Of a DNA stretch of 64,000 nt, positions 35,644 to 44,759 are shown in pieces. The stretch is from a virus. The notes beneath the pieces are model-generated. The model was not told where the DNA came from. It saw nothing but the letters and a program-made list of their open reading frames with translations, and searched no databases. Both the position numbers and the translations under genes were made by a program. Each line of letters begins with the position of its first letter. The first letter of the stretch is position 1. The stretch covers positions 1 through 64,000 of IMG/VR virus record IMGVR_UViG_3300045974_000166, one strand, 5' to 3'.

Positions 35644-36612
35644 TTAGACTGCCAAGGCCAGCATGTCGGCCAAGACTTCGTTTTTCACCTTTTCGGCACG
35701 GCCGAAGTGTGACTGCCAGAAGGCATGGGATTCATCACGTTTACGACCATTGCCGTGAGTGAACAGATCGGTTGCGGCATTCACAACACCCCAAGCAGTG
35801 CCCTTGGAGTACTGAGCACCATCACCGGATTTATACAGATTCATGAGGGTAGCAACTTCCTTGATACGGCCGGTGGGTTGATCTTCAGCCAACACATCCT
35901 TCATGTAGAATTTCTTCTCAAAGTACTTTTGGACGAAATTGTCGGCAACTTCGACTTCAGCCAATTTCTTGATCGAAGCGGCAAAGGTTTCCCAGGATTC
36001 GTCGATCAGACCCATGTCCATCTTGACCTGAGTAGCATCCCATTCGATGCGGTGAGATTTCTTCACAACACGTTTGGAGTTGTCGTTCAGGGCGACGGTC
36101 AGTGTGTTATTGCACACGGTACGAGTGGAGGTCAGCTTCGCCGTAGTAGCGAGGGTGCCGTCGATGGAAGTCACGAGGAGCAGGTAACCGTTCACGTGAT
36201 CTTTGGTCACGGCCTCGAACGACTTACCGATTTCAGCAGTAGCCCAGAAGCGTTTCCCACCGAAGAGCGACCCAGCGGCCGAGAGCTTCATGCCGTGCAG
36301 TTGAGTCAGATCACGGAAGAATTCCATCACTTCGGCAGGTTGGACGATCTTGTAATCCTTGCCGACGATCGACATGGGTTCCTTGGTATCCGAACGGAAT
36401 AGGACGCGTTTGCCGTCATAGCAGTGTTGACCGTCCATTGAGGTGAACTGGACGGCCGATTGGAAGACTTCCCAGGACAGACCGGCCTCAACAATCCAAT
36501 CTTCGATTGAAGCGCCAGGGGTGAGTTCCTGACCGAGACCGTGCCAGGCCTTGTCGCCAGCATATGCGAATTCGGCGGTGCCATTTTCGCGGATTGTAAT
36601 TGCATGAGCCAT
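35644..36612 (-). CDS. DUF932-family protein
   Basis: MAH..AWHGLG...YKIVQP..AGSLFGG..HDG-like SIDG..RTVCNNT. Confidence 0.85.
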   Translation of the reverse strand: MAHAITIRENGTAEFAYAGDKAWHGLGQELTPGASIEDWIVEAGLSWEVFQSAVQFTSMDGQHCYDGKRVLFRSDTKEPMSIVGKDYKIVQPAEVMEFFRDLTQLHGMKLSAAGSLFGGKRFWATAEIGKSFEAVTKDHVNGYLLLVTSIDGTLATTAKLTSTRTVCNNTLTVALNDNSKRVVKKSHRIEWDATQVKMDMGLIDESWETFAASIKKLAEVEVADNFVQKYFEKKFYMKDVLAEDQPTGRIKEVATLMNLYKSGDGAQYSKGTAWGVVNAATDLFTHGNGRKRDESHAFWQSHFGRAEKVKNEVLADMLALAV

Positions 36613-36646
36613 GATTTTTCCTTTAAGGATTTGTTGAAGATGAGTT

Positions 36647-36678
36647 ATTATACCACAATAAGAATTATGTGTAAATTA
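36647..36678 (-). promoter_or_regulatory. early promoter cassette
   Basis: TAATTTACA-17-TATAAT. Confidence 0.85.
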
Positions 36679-36852
36679 TTTCTTATTGACTAGATTCTTG
36701 GTGGCTTTGCGGTCACGTTTTTCCTGAGCCTTCTTGAGTCGTTCGAAGTCGGCTTCATTTGGTTCAGGTTTTGGCTCGGGCAACAGTACATCTGGAAATC
36801 CACCCATGAGACCAGTTGCTGTCATAATTCCAGCCATAAGTATTCCATTCAT
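36676..36852 (-). CDS. hypothetical protein (58 aa, not in ORF track)
   Basis: ATGA-coupled start; stop in cassette. Confidence 0.5.
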   Translation of the reverse strand: MNGILMAGIMTATGLMGGFPDVLLPEPKPEPNEADFERLKKAQEKRDRKATKNLVNKK

Positions 36853-37070
36853 TCTAATAACTCCAATTCACGTTTAAGATAAGTTCTTGATGCCATATTC
36901 AAAATAATGGCGGCCGAATGGCGCCACATTTCTTCTTTCATTCCTAAATACAGCAGACCAAGCCCCTTGTGCATATTATCCAATTCATCAATATTGAGAG
37001 TTGGAGCTGCAAGAGTAAATTCTCGAGAATACTTTTTGAATTCTTCCCAAGTGCATTCGAACGTGGACAT
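36849..37070 (-). CDS. hypothetical protein
   Basis: SD AAGG. Confidence 0.5.
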   Translation of the reverse strand: MSTFECTWEEFKKYSREFTLAAPTLNIDELDNMHKGLGLLYLGMKEEMWRHSAAIILNMASRTYLKRELELLE

Positions 37071-37079
37071 TATTTTACC

Positions 37080-37553
37080 TTATTGTTCATTCATGTACTT
37101 GAGACTAGCAGCAACATAGTCGCCGACGCGTTTCATGAATTCTTTCTTAAAGCCGAACATCACGTGATTATCGATGTCCCACCAAAAGTCGGCATTAGTT
37201 CCATATTTTGATTTCACACGATCTTTTTCAAAGTGAACTGCTTCTTTGGTATGAATAACCGAATGTGTGTCACGAGCCTTTTTCAGAAATTCTACATAAT
37301 CTTTGAAATCTGCATCATCAAATGCCGACCACACCCGCAGCGGAGTATCACCTTCTGTGATTTCTGGGACTTGACGGCAGTGCCAAGCATGTGCTGGGAA
37401 TGTTTCGATTGCGCGAAAGGATGCTGGGAGAGCACCAAACTCGAATTCCGCGGAACCCATGTAATCAAAATTGACTGCTTGGGAAAGACGTGTATCTTTT
37501 GGGGCTAATGGGGTTTTGATTTCGGCACGTTGAATGAGATAGGGGTTGTACAT
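37080..37553 (-). CDS. hypothetical protein
   Basis: FDYMGSAEFEFGALP motif. Confidence 0.65.
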   Translation of the reverse strand: MYNPYLIQRAEIKTPLAPKDTRLSQAVNFDYMGSAEFEFGALPASFRAIETFPAHAWHCRQVPEITEGDTPLRVWSAFDDADFKDYVEFLKKARDTHSVIHTKEAVHFEKDRVKSKYGTNADFWWDIDNHVMFGFKKEFMKRVGDYVAASLKYMNEQ

Positions 37554-37561
37554 TTTAATCC

Positions 37562-37813
37562 TTAGTCGAGAATTGTGACACGGCCGGTGGCGATGGAGTC
37601 CATGAAGTGCTCACCTTGCTCGGGGAATTTGAAGATCTGGTTTCGTGGGATTTTGATTTCTTGGCCCTCCACCACTCGTTTGACAGCTGCGGCAGTCACA
37701 ATTCCGTACTGGATTGTGAGAACACGAGCGACGATGTAATGGTCTGGGTTACCCGGGAAGTCAAGAGCTTTGACGATGTGACCAGAGCAGAGTTGTGTTT
37801 GAGTGCTTTGCAT
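37562..37813 (-). CDS. hypothetical protein
   Basis: ORF track. Confidence 0.55.
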   Translation of the reverse strand: MQSTQTQLCSGHIVKALDFPGNPDHYIVARVLTIQYGIVTAAAVKRVVEGQEIKIPRNQIFKFPEQGEHFMDSIATGRVTILD

Positions 37814-37815
37814 GA

Positions 37816-37893
37816 TTATTTGCGGAGAATGAGATAAAGTGGGAGGAGAACAGCTGTGACAGCAAGGGCCCAGAGCAGTTTAAACGGATTCAT
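37816..37893 (-). CDS. 25-aa single-TM peptide (not in ORF track)
   Basis: MNPFKLLWALAVTAVLLPLYLILRK. Confidence 0.45.
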   Translation of the reverse strand: MNPFKLLWALAVTAVLLPLYLILRK

Positions 37894-38080
37894 TTTGGGC
37901 TTCTTTCAAAGCAGCACGGGCAAGGCGTTTCATACGGTTGGTCGCAGAGACATCGGAAACATAAGTTTCGCCAACCCAGATAACGATAGGGAAGTTCTTC
38001 GAGGAAACATCGGTCACAACGGCGCGGACTTTAGTACCCAGGTTACGGCCTTCGATGGTTTCGTAGGTAAGTGTGATCAT
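37880..38080 (-). CDS. hypothetical early protein
   Basis: First ORF after cassette, SD AAAGGAAA. Confidence 0.6.
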   Translation of the reverse strand: MITLTYETIEGRNLGTKVRAVVTDVSSKNFPIVIWVGETYVSDVSATNRMKRLARAALKEAQNESV

Positions 38081-38112
38081 GATTTTCCTTTGTGATTTGG
38101 AGAAGATGGTTT

Positions 38113-38144
38113 ATTATACACCATCCATCATTATGTGTAAATTA
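38113..38144 (-). promoter_or_regulatory. early promoter cassette
   Basis: TAATTTACA-17-TATAAT-AAACCATCTTC. Confidence 0.85.
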
Positions 38145-38146
38145 AT

Positions 38147-38221
38147 TGGTGCAACCCCCGGGACTTGAACCCAGACCTTAAGAATTATGAGTTCTCGGCA
38201 CTACCATTATGCTAGAGTTGC
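38147..38221 (-). tRNA. tRNA with anticodon CAT (Met or Ile2)
   Basis: GCAACTC/GGGTTGC acceptor stem, CT-CAT-AA loop, GGTTCAAGTCCC T-arm, encoded CCA. Confidence 0.92.
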
Positions 38222-38233
38222 GTGTACTATTTA

Positions 38234-38584
38234 TTACCAGGAGCGGAGTTTCCGCATTTCTTCTGGATAGATTGAATAGTCATACGGCTTATACGAACCA
38301 GATTCTTGTAATCTCCGAGATTCGTTATCCAACACATCTTCAAGCCAGCGCATACCGTAGGCAAACCGTGGAACTGCGAACTTGGGAATGTCTTCCGTGG
38401 CTACATAGAAGTACAGATCCGAACGACCACCAGACGTAGGGTCATCGTAGTCGGGCTTGGTTGTAAACACACCAATGAACTTGGCATGAGTCTTGAGTTC
38501 TTCCAGAATGAAGTTCTCAAAATCCTTTGGGGTATTCTCACCCATCGAGGTGTGCGGCCATACAACAACTTGTTTGAATTCCAT
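38234..38584 (-). CDS. hypothetical protein
   Basis: GGRSDL.FYV..EDIPKFAV.RF..GMRW.EDV. Confidence 0.6.
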   Translation of the reverse strand: MEFKQVVVWPHTSMGENTPKDFENFILEELKTHAKFIGVFTTKPDYDDPTSGGRSDLYFYVATEDIPKFAVPRFAYGMRWLEDVLDNESRRLQESGSYKPYDYSIYPEEMRKLRSW

Positions 38585-38586
38585 GA

Positions 38587-38859
38587 TTATTCCTTAGCTT
38601 TGATAACAACACCAAAATGAGATGACCGGGCCAAAGATGCGCCACCATTGAATGCGGACCTGAAATTATAGTAATCTACGACATCGTATGATAGGCCGGT
38701 TGAATTCAGTCGTTCAGTCATGTGCAGCATAAAACTTTCGGCCGTGGTTCCGTGGGTGTAAAAATAACCGCGGCGAATGACGATCATTCCGTCTTTATTA
38801 CGAGAAACTTGGTCGGCATAGTGGCCGATTGCTTGCTTGACTTCCTTGACTGTGAGCAT
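38587..38859 (-). CDS. hypothetical early protein
   Basis: SD after promoter; start re-set. Confidence 0.55.
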   Translation of the reverse strand: MLTVKEVKQAIGHYADQVSRNKDGMIVIRRGYFYTHGTTAESFMLHMTERLNSTGLSYDVVDYYNFRSAFNGGASLARSSHFGVVIKAKE

Positions 38860-38888
38860 GATTTTCCTTTGTGATTCGGTATGGATCA

Positions 38889-38920
38889 ATTATACTACAA
38901 CGAATATTATGTGTACATTA
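38889..38920 (-). promoter_or_regulatory. early promoter cassette
   Basis: TAATGTACA-17-TATAAT. Confidence 0.8.
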
Positions 38921-39115
38921 ATCGAAGCTTTGGATTATCTTATTGCGCAACAGCACTTCCTTCAGCTGTTTGTCGATGAACCGACCGCAGAGCGTCTTGG
39001 CTTTTTCACAGCCGGGGTAACCGAAGGGAAGCAGCGAATAGATCTGCTTCAGCTGATCCAACGTTTTCTGGGCAGCAACTTGGGTTTCAATGAGGTCGTT
39101 CAGTTCTTTACACAT
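38918..39115 (-). CDS. hypothetical protein
   Basis: Stop in cassette. Confidence 0.55.
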   Translation of the reverse strand: MCKELNDLIETQVAAQKTLDQLKQIYSLLPFGYPGCEKAKTLCGRFIDKQLKEVLLRNKIIQSFD

Positions 39116-39124
39116 GATTTTTCC

Positions 39125-39355
39125 TTAGACGAATTGTACGTTCTTGCGGATCTTTTTGGACATCTTGGAGATGATGCCGAGCTGCACAGAGATGAGTTCG
39201 TCAAAGATCACCTTGGCGTCACGGGGAAGCGCAGAGTACACTTGATGGTACCGAGTGATGACACGGACGGCTTCGTCCTTCTTTTCATGGAATTTAACCT
39301 GGTCGGTGTCCACGAGGATATTCCGACCGTAGGCAAACATTGTGACTTTTTCCAT
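39125..39355 (-). CDS. hypothetical early protein
   Basis: SD after cassette. Confidence 0.55.
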   Translation of the reverse strand: MEKVTMFAYGRNILVDTDQVKFHEKKDEAVRVITRYHQVYSALPRDAKVIFDELISVQLGIISKMSKKIRKNVQFV

Positions 39356-39388
39356 GATTTTTCCTTTGTGATTTGGAGAAGATGGTTT

Positions 39389-39420
39389 ATTATACTACAC
39401 TCAGAATTATGTGTAAATTA
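39389..39420 (-). promoter_or_regulatory. early promoter cassette
   Basis: TAATTTACA-17-TATAAT-AAACCATCTTC. Confidence 0.85.
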
Positions 39421-39912
39421 TTCCCAAGTCACGCCGGTAGCAACAACCGTACCCAGGATCTGGATCACAGCATATTTGGTGCCTGGCATATGTTTGGCAT
39501 AACTCTCGGCCTCATCTTGTGCAGCTTTCAGGGTTGCATATGTACCAACAACGGCCATGCCGTTATGAAGCTTCAAAACGCTGTAGCTCGGTTTCTTTTC
39601 CGTAGCTGGGGTAATACACTGCTCGGGCTGAGTAGACGCAGAATAGACCCGTGCTGGGGGAGACGAGCGATATGCCATATCCTGGCGTTCGGCCGCAGTA
39701 ATGAGTACATCAAAAACTTCACGGACGCGATCTTTACGAACGAACTTCAGCACTTTGTTGTTTTCACCCAGTGCTGCAATCTGTACCTTGGTGCGTAGCG
39801 GTAGGCGCCACTTGATGTCCTTTTCATTCGGGCATTTAGTAGACACAATGACATTACGACCTTCATCGTAGTAGAAGTCTTTGAGACGAACATCTGAGGA
39901 TTTAAACAACAT
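39418..39912 (-). CDS. hypothetical protein
   Basis: SD AAGGA; stop in cassette. Confidence 0.6.
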   Translation of the reverse strand: MLFKSSDVRLKDFYYDEGRNVIVSTKCPNEKDIKWRLPLRTKVQIAALGENNKVLKFVRKDRVREVFDVLITAAERQDMAYRSSPPARVYSASTQPEQCITPATEKKPSYSVLKLHNGMAVVGTYATLKAAQDEAESYAKHMPGTKYAVIQILGTVVATGVTWE

Positions 39913-39929
39913 GGCGAGTTCCTTTTAAG

Positions 39930-40154
39930 TTAAGCCATACAATCATAAGCATCGTGACCAAGAGAACGACCGTACTGGGCACAGTAAGCTTCCCAGACCA
40001 ACAGGTTATCAAACTTGACCGAGTTGTACTCGTCGACCCAGTCGAACATACGATCCGACGGGTCCTTGCCGTTATCCTTACTCCAGCAATGGCTGTACTT
40101 ATTCAGCATGCCAGAGATGTAGTTAAGACGTTTGATTTGGGTTTTCGTTTTCAT
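39930..40154 (-). CDS. hypothetical protein, probably leaderless
   Basis: ATG 6 nt after TATAAT. Confidence 0.6.
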   Translation of the reverse strand: MKTKTQIKRLNYISGMLNKYSHCWSKDNGKDPSDRMFDWVDEYNSVKFDNLLVWEAYCAQYGRSLGHDAYDCMA

Positions 40155-40160
40155 AGGGTA

Positions 40161-40192
40161 ATTATACCACAATAGCAATTATGTGTAAATTA
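40161..40192 (-). promoter_or_regulatory. early promoter cassette (leaderless type)
   Basis: TAATTTACA-17-TATAAT-N6-ATG. Confidence 0.85.
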
Positions 40193-40528
40193 AAATGGAA
40201 TGTCATCATCCCAACAAATTGGGCGTTGAACTTCTTTGTATTGTGGTGCGACATAGTCTGGATTGTGAAAGTTGTTAAAGACTTCGTTATACGATCCAAA
40301 GTTAGTGAAGTCACAACGTAAGCGATCTTGATTGTCTGTCAGAATTTCTGTTATTCCCAGATCTGTGTAGTCACCGCTGGCCACGCCAAGAACGGTGACG
40401 TGGCCATTGTTGAATTCACCATCCCAACTACCATTGATGACGGTGAATTCAAAATTCTTTGGATCATAGTTATCATTCACCGTCACAAGCAGCTGAGGGT
40501 CTCCAGGTTTTCCTAACATGAGCCTCAT
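40190..40528 (-). CDS. hypothetical protein
   Basis: Acidic DDIPF C-terminus; stop in cassette. Confidence 0.6.
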   Translation of the reverse strand: MRLMLGKPGDPQLLVTVNDNYDPKNFEFTVINGSWDGEFNNGHVTVLGVASGDYTDLGITEILTDNQDRLRCDFTNFGSYNEVFNNFHNPDYVAPQYKEVQRPICWDDDIPF

Positions 40529-40529
40529 T

Positions 40530-42005
40530 TTACTTCACCTTTACATCATTGAGCATTGTGAGCATTGAGTTAGCACGAACTTCGTCAAAGGTCTGGGTGA
40601 ATTTAACTTCACCATTTTCGAAGTATGTGTACATTGCATCTTTCCAATCGAAACCTTTATCGGTCCAATTTGCAGGCCGAATAACCGCAGTTTGATATTC
40701 AGTACCTTGGGGGGCACCATTTGTCCAGAGCTGCACACGACCTTTTTTAGATGCTTTGTTTGAAGCAGTAATTGGATCTTTGAACACATCCCGCCATTGT
40801 ACTTCAAGTTTGTCGTACTTAGCATCTGGGTAATCAACCCATTCACGAACACCAACAGCCGAGCATTTCATAGCAAACTCTTGAGTGTCACGATTACATT
40901 GTTGGAGCAGTCCACCACCCATACCAAATGCTATGTTGTCAGCAGACCAACCTGCTACATCAACAACGGTCCGAAGTATGCTAGACAAACTAAGAGAATC
41001 AATGCCATCGCCCCATATAACACGAACATTATTGAGTACTTTATAGCCTTTGGTGTTTTTAACAAATCCAAATCTGCTGCCAAGAATGTTGAACATTTTC
41101 GGAAGAACAACAGTAGGATCACCAGAGTCAGGACGAATAACAACAGTAGCACCACTTGCAATAACATCATCTTTTAACTCCGTTCCCCACATTTCGCAGG
41201 CTTTGTAAATGTCATACGAGTCAGACACCACAGCAAGAATTTTACCATTCCCACCGAACTGCTTGACCATATTCCGGTAAGCATCTACTTCGTTTGTACG
41301 ACCCCAACTTGTGATGGTACTGTGTTCTGCTGCTGGGATGCTAAATCCTGCCACATCACCCCCATAGGTATCCATGACATGCAGTACCCCAGAAATAGTA
41401 TCCGTACCCATAAAGTTGACAAGGTGCGCTGCTCCACCAATACCGGCAGAATCCAGGCTGCTGACACCGCGAGCACCAAAATCATGAAGCTTAAAAGATA
41501 TTGTTGAAGGATCACCGCTTTTCTCCAGGTAGTTTAGAATTTCTTGCTTTATGTGCCAAGAGGTAGTTCCGACAGTTGTAGGATACCAAATTGCTCTGAG
41601 GGCTGTAGTTTCAACCCAAGTTGTAAGCCAGAAACAGTTGGGGTCCGTGTTTTCAATTGTACACAGGACATTTCTTGTTGGGATGATAAGTCCCTCTTTA
41701 GCTGCTCGGATCCGTAGAGGAAGTTTTCCACCGTGGACATCGAGAATGTACTGCCATCCTGCCAAGTTGAAGGGCTCCCCGTGTAAGGTCCAAATACGAT
41801 TGGCGTAGTCGATTTGCTCTTGAGTAATAGGCTCAGCCAAATACTTTGCAAGAGCTTGAACTCCGAGGAATTCTGTTCGGTCATATTTGCCTCCGCGACT
41901 TTCGATGTAAGAGTAGACATATTCTGTTCCTGGTGGATATTGTTTCCACATTGAGACTTTGTACGAGTCGGTGTCTGTGATGATTGATTGAAGTTTGTTT
42001 GTCAT
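40530..42005 (-). CDS. nadV: nicotinamide phosphoribosyltransferase (Nampt/NadV)
   Basis: TDSYK, HDFGARG, PAAEHS, IRPDSGDP, FGMGG motifs. Confidence 0.95.
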   Translation of the reverse strand: MTNKLQSIITDTDSYKVSMWKQYPPGTEYVYSYIESRGGKYDRTEFLGVQALAKYLAEPITQEQIDYANRIWTLHGEPFNLAGWQYILDVHGGKLPLRIRAAKEGLIIPTRNVLCTIENTDPNCFWLTTWVETTALRAIWYPTTVGTTSWHIKQEILNYLEKSGDPSTISFKLHDFGARGVSSLDSAGIGGAAHLVNFMGTDTISGVLHVMDTYGGDVAGFSIPAAEHSTITSWGRTNEVDAYRNMVKQFGGNGKILAVVSDSYDIYKACEMWGTELKDDVIASGATVVIRPDSGDPTVVLPKMFNILGSRFGFVKNTKGYKVLNNVRVIWGDGIDSLSLSSILRTVVDVAGWSADNIAFGMGGGLLQQCNRDTQEFAMKCSAVGVREWVDYPDAKYDKLEVQWRDVFKDPITASNKASKKGRVQLWTNGAPQGTEYQTAVIRPANWTDKGFDWKDAMYTYFENGEVKFTQTFDEVRANSMLTMLNDVKVK

Positions 42006-42029
42006 GGTAAGCTCCTTATAATGACAGGG

Positions 42030-43052
42030 TTAAGAAATCTGTGGATTGAGATGTGCCGGTGGTGGCATTACTCCAAGCATGTAAGAAATGATAGAAAGGT
42101 GATCGTCAAACAGTTTCATATTCGACATCACTTCGCGGATCGGAAACCAACCGCATTCCATAGCATCATCAGCACCGTTAGCACGTGGAAGCGATCCATC
42201 AACATTGGGTTGTACTTTGAAATGCACACAGAGTGTTACACGGGGAATTCCATTGCCACGAGTAGGATCATCAAAAAGATGTTGAGCCATATATGAACCA
42301 CGTAGAACTTTTTCTGGTACACGAATGTTGGTCTCTTCTTGAAGTTCACGGACGGCACAGTCTAGGAACGTCTCAGTGCGATTCTTAAATCCACCCGGTA
42401 GTGCCCATGTGCCGCGGCCCGGAGCACGAGCTCTTTGAATCAGCAGGACATGACCAGAGCATTCCACCAGAGCATCCGCACAGTTAAATGACAGAGTTTC
42501 TGGAAAGGGGTAATCGGCAAAGAGTTTCTTTTCGTTCTGGAAGTAATTCCAATCTTCTATTACTTCTGGTTCAAAGTTAGAACCACCAATCTTGAATCTT
42601 GCTGTACGAATGTCGGTTGAGCAGATTTCATAAGGTGTAGTAAGATTTACAAATCTGTACTGGGGAAACCATTTCAAATAATCATTACCTTCTTTGGCAA
42701 AACCAAAGAGAATAGTTTCTTTCGATTGCCAGTACCGAGCTTGTTCAGTTGCGATCGTAGTCACATCAGAAATCCACTGTGTGTTAGAATACTTGTAGTC
42801 GTTCAGTGGGACAATATCTACACCAGCAAGATCTTCGTGGTCTAGAAATAGTTCAATTTCTGCTTCACGCTCAAGATAGGTATATGGATTCTTAATCGAA
42901 CGAGCAGCATTAGCTGATCCGACTATGATAACGAGATTAGTACATTGAGATTTGGCTTGGCGAATCAGTTCTCTGTGACCAGTATGAAGTGGTTGGAACC
43001 TGCCAATGAGAATACCAGTTGTGTTTTGCATTATAAACTCCTTATGTTGCAA
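42030..43052 (-). CDS. bifunctional NMN adenylyltransferase / Nudix ADP-ribose pyrophosphatase (NadM-Nudix)
   Basis: GRFQPLHTGH (HxGH) plus Nudix box GGFKNRTETFLDCAVRELQEET. Confidence 0.93.
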   Translation of the reverse strand: MQHKEFIMQNTTGILIGRFQPLHTGHRELIRQAKSQCTNLVIIVGSANAARSIKNPYTYLEREAEIELFLDHEDLAGVDIVPLNDYKYSNTQWISDVTTIATEQARYWQSKETILFGFAKEGNDYLKWFPQYRFVNLTTPYEICSTDIRTARFKIGGSNFEPEVIEDWNYFQNEKKLFADYPFPETLSFNCADALVECSGHVLLIQRARAPGRGTWALPGGFKNRTETFLDCAVRELQEETNIRVPEKVLRGSYMAQHLFDDPTRGNGIPRVTLCVHFKVQPNVDGSLPRANGADDAMECGWFPIREVMSNMKLFDDHLSIISYMLGVMPPPAHLNPQIS

Positions 43053-43067
43053 ATATATTTATTCAAT

Positions 43068-43511
43068 TTATTTTTGAAGATTGGTACGAAGATTCATTAA
43101 AATTCGGCCGAGCATGTTTTGCCCTTCACCTTCACAGACACCCCAGTAGGTATCATGCCAGACATTGGTTTCCTCAAGATGCGCATCACCAGTGTCAATT
43201 AGCTTTTGTGCCAGATCTTTGTCAGCGAATTTTGCCTTTAGAGCATTAGTCATAGCAATAAGTTTATATGTATCCCAATCAGGTCTGAGTACGGCAGTCT
43301 TACCTATCTTTTTAGCTTGGGCACCAGTTGAACTCATAAGGATCTTCAGACGATAATCGTAATCGTTTGATTTTTGATACATGAAAACATGTTCAGATGA
43401 CGTAAATGGAATAGAATTCCAAACACAAATGCATGGATGAAAATTAGAGAGCCAACTGTATTTACCACGAAAGCCCATGATAGGTGGAAATTCGGATTCA
43501 AAAAGATTCAT
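43068..43511 (-). CDS. NADAR (YbiA-like) family protein
   Basis: LSNFHP, SSEHVFMYQK, DTYWG, GQNMLGRILM. Confidence 0.9.
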   Translation of the reverse strand: MNLFESEFPPIMGFRGKYSWLSNFHPCICVWNSIPFTSSEHVFMYQKSNDYDYRLKILMSSTGAQAKKIGKTAVLRPDWDTYKLIAMTNALKAKFADKDLAQKLIDTGDAHLEETNVWHDTYWGVCEGEGQNMLGRILMNLRTNLQK

Positions 43512-43738
43512 ACCAGCAATTCTTTCATGATCACAAATTTAGCTTCTGGGATCGACCGACAGAGGTCACCATTCACAGAGATATGCTTGAACGACTTAAT
43601 GAGCACTTTGAATTTACCCAGGGTAAGCGACCTTGAATCAGTAGATTTCTGAGACACCGGCACCTTACCTGAAGAGAAGTAAATTGTGCCCCAGAGTTCA
43701 TCCGAGACAGTTTTCATTTGGAAGTGTAGATTAGACAT
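43508..43738 (-). CDS. hypothetical protein, leaderless, first gene of the NAD operon
   Basis: ATG 6 nt after TATAAT; ATGA-coupled to NADAR. Confidence 0.65.
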   Translation of the reverse strand: MSNLHFQMKTVSDELWGTIYFSSGKVPVSQKSTDSRSLTLGKFKVLIKSFKHISVNGDLCRSIPEAKFVIMKELLV

Positions 43739-43744
43739 GAATCA

Positions 43745-43776
43745 ATTATACCACAATAAACTTTATATGTAAATTA
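43745..43776 (-). promoter_or_regulatory. early promoter cassette (leaderless type)
   Basis: TAATTTACA-17-TATAAT-N6-ATG. Confidence 0.8.
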
Positions 43777-44226
43777 AAACTTCACAAGAGTAACTTTGCC
43801 GCCGTAGAAAGAAAGTTCATGATCAAACTTGGAGATGATGTCAACAATTCTACTTTCATCTCCACCAGCAAGGCCACAGCCAATATACGGCATCCCAAAA
43901 TGTTTCTTGGGGAACATAAACTTCAACTTTTGAAGAATCAGCCAAAATGCTTCATACTCAAAACGATCTTTGCCGTCGGTACCATAATCAAACTGTGTAT
44001 ACGCATTCACAATAATGGGTTTGTAATGAACTAGAGTATACGTTCCAAGTTTATTACGATCGCCTTTAGATGTTTCTTGATCAATTGTCCAGGCACCCGG
44101 GTAATTTTCTTTTATCAGCTTAGCAACTCCAGAGCCCATTGTATTGAAACAATTACAACCGTGGACTATTACATCAAACTTACCACCCTTAGCAAATTTA
44201 ATTAGATCGCCTTGCAAGTATTCCAT
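43774..44226 (-). CDS. macrodomain protein (ADP-ribose binding/hydrolase)
   Basis: GDL, VHGCNCFNTMGSGVA, NAYTQ, IGCGLAGG. Confidence 0.92.
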   Translation of the reverse strand: MEYLQGDLIKFAKGGKFDVIVHGCNCFNTMGSGVAKLIKENYPGAWTIDQETSKGDRNKLGTYTLVHYKPIIVNAYTQFDYGTDGKDRFEYEAFWLILQKLKFMFPKKHFGMPYIGCGLAGGDESRIVDIISKFDHELSFYGGKVTLVKF

Positions 44227-44235
44227 AGATTTCTT

Positions 44236-44757
44236 TCAAAGAGAATATTTAAGCAAAAGTTCATCAAGTTCAGCTTCTGTAGAATCTCCCACATCATGAG
44301 ATTTCATAACAACTGCTTCGTGACCAAATTTGGCCAATTTCAATCCGGGCGCATCATCGTCACATAAAGCGACAACCCTTCGGTTCAGACACTTCAAGAA
44401 TCCTTTAAGGTCCTGTGTTGGGTTATTTGAGAGCACTGCCAGAGCAGAAAACCCACGAGAGCAAAGCCGAGCAGCGTCAAACATTCCTTCAACCAAGAAA
44501 ACAAGGTTCGGTGTCAAATGGAGACTTTCGACTCCAAAGACGACCAGAGTTCCCTCAGTTTTGTAAGTGTAGTACCGGCCTTCTTTGGGATCATTGCGTC
44601 TGGTTTTATCGGCGCCAGGCCTGTATTGTTGGTATCCGCAGACTTGGCCTGACAGATTGTACAACAGAGCAGTGGCGACCCGGTTTTCTTCGTCCAACAG
44701 AAACCGATGCAAACCTAGATTCGCATGACGGTCTTTAAGATGTTGGGCGAGTGTCAT
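44236..44757 (-). CDS. small TOPRIM-domain (primase-like) protein
   Basis: LVEGMFDAARL, ALCDDD; start re-set to ATG 44757. Confidence 0.75.
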   Translation of the reverse strand: MTLAQHLKDRHANLGLHRFLLDEENRVATALLYNLSGQVCGYQQYRPGADKTRRNDPKEGRYYTYKTEGTLVVFGVESLHLTPNLVFLVEGMFDAARLCSRGFSALAVLSNNPTQDLKGFLKCLNRRVVALCDDDAPGLKLAKFGHEAVVMKSHDVGDSTEAELDELLLKYSL

Positions 44758-44759
44758 GA

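Noticed and set aside
38837-39502. 221-aa + strand ORF (and similar + strand ORFs at 33563-34012 and 35725-36402)
   Set aside because: They overlap coherent - strand genes that have promoters and SDs; antisense artefacts
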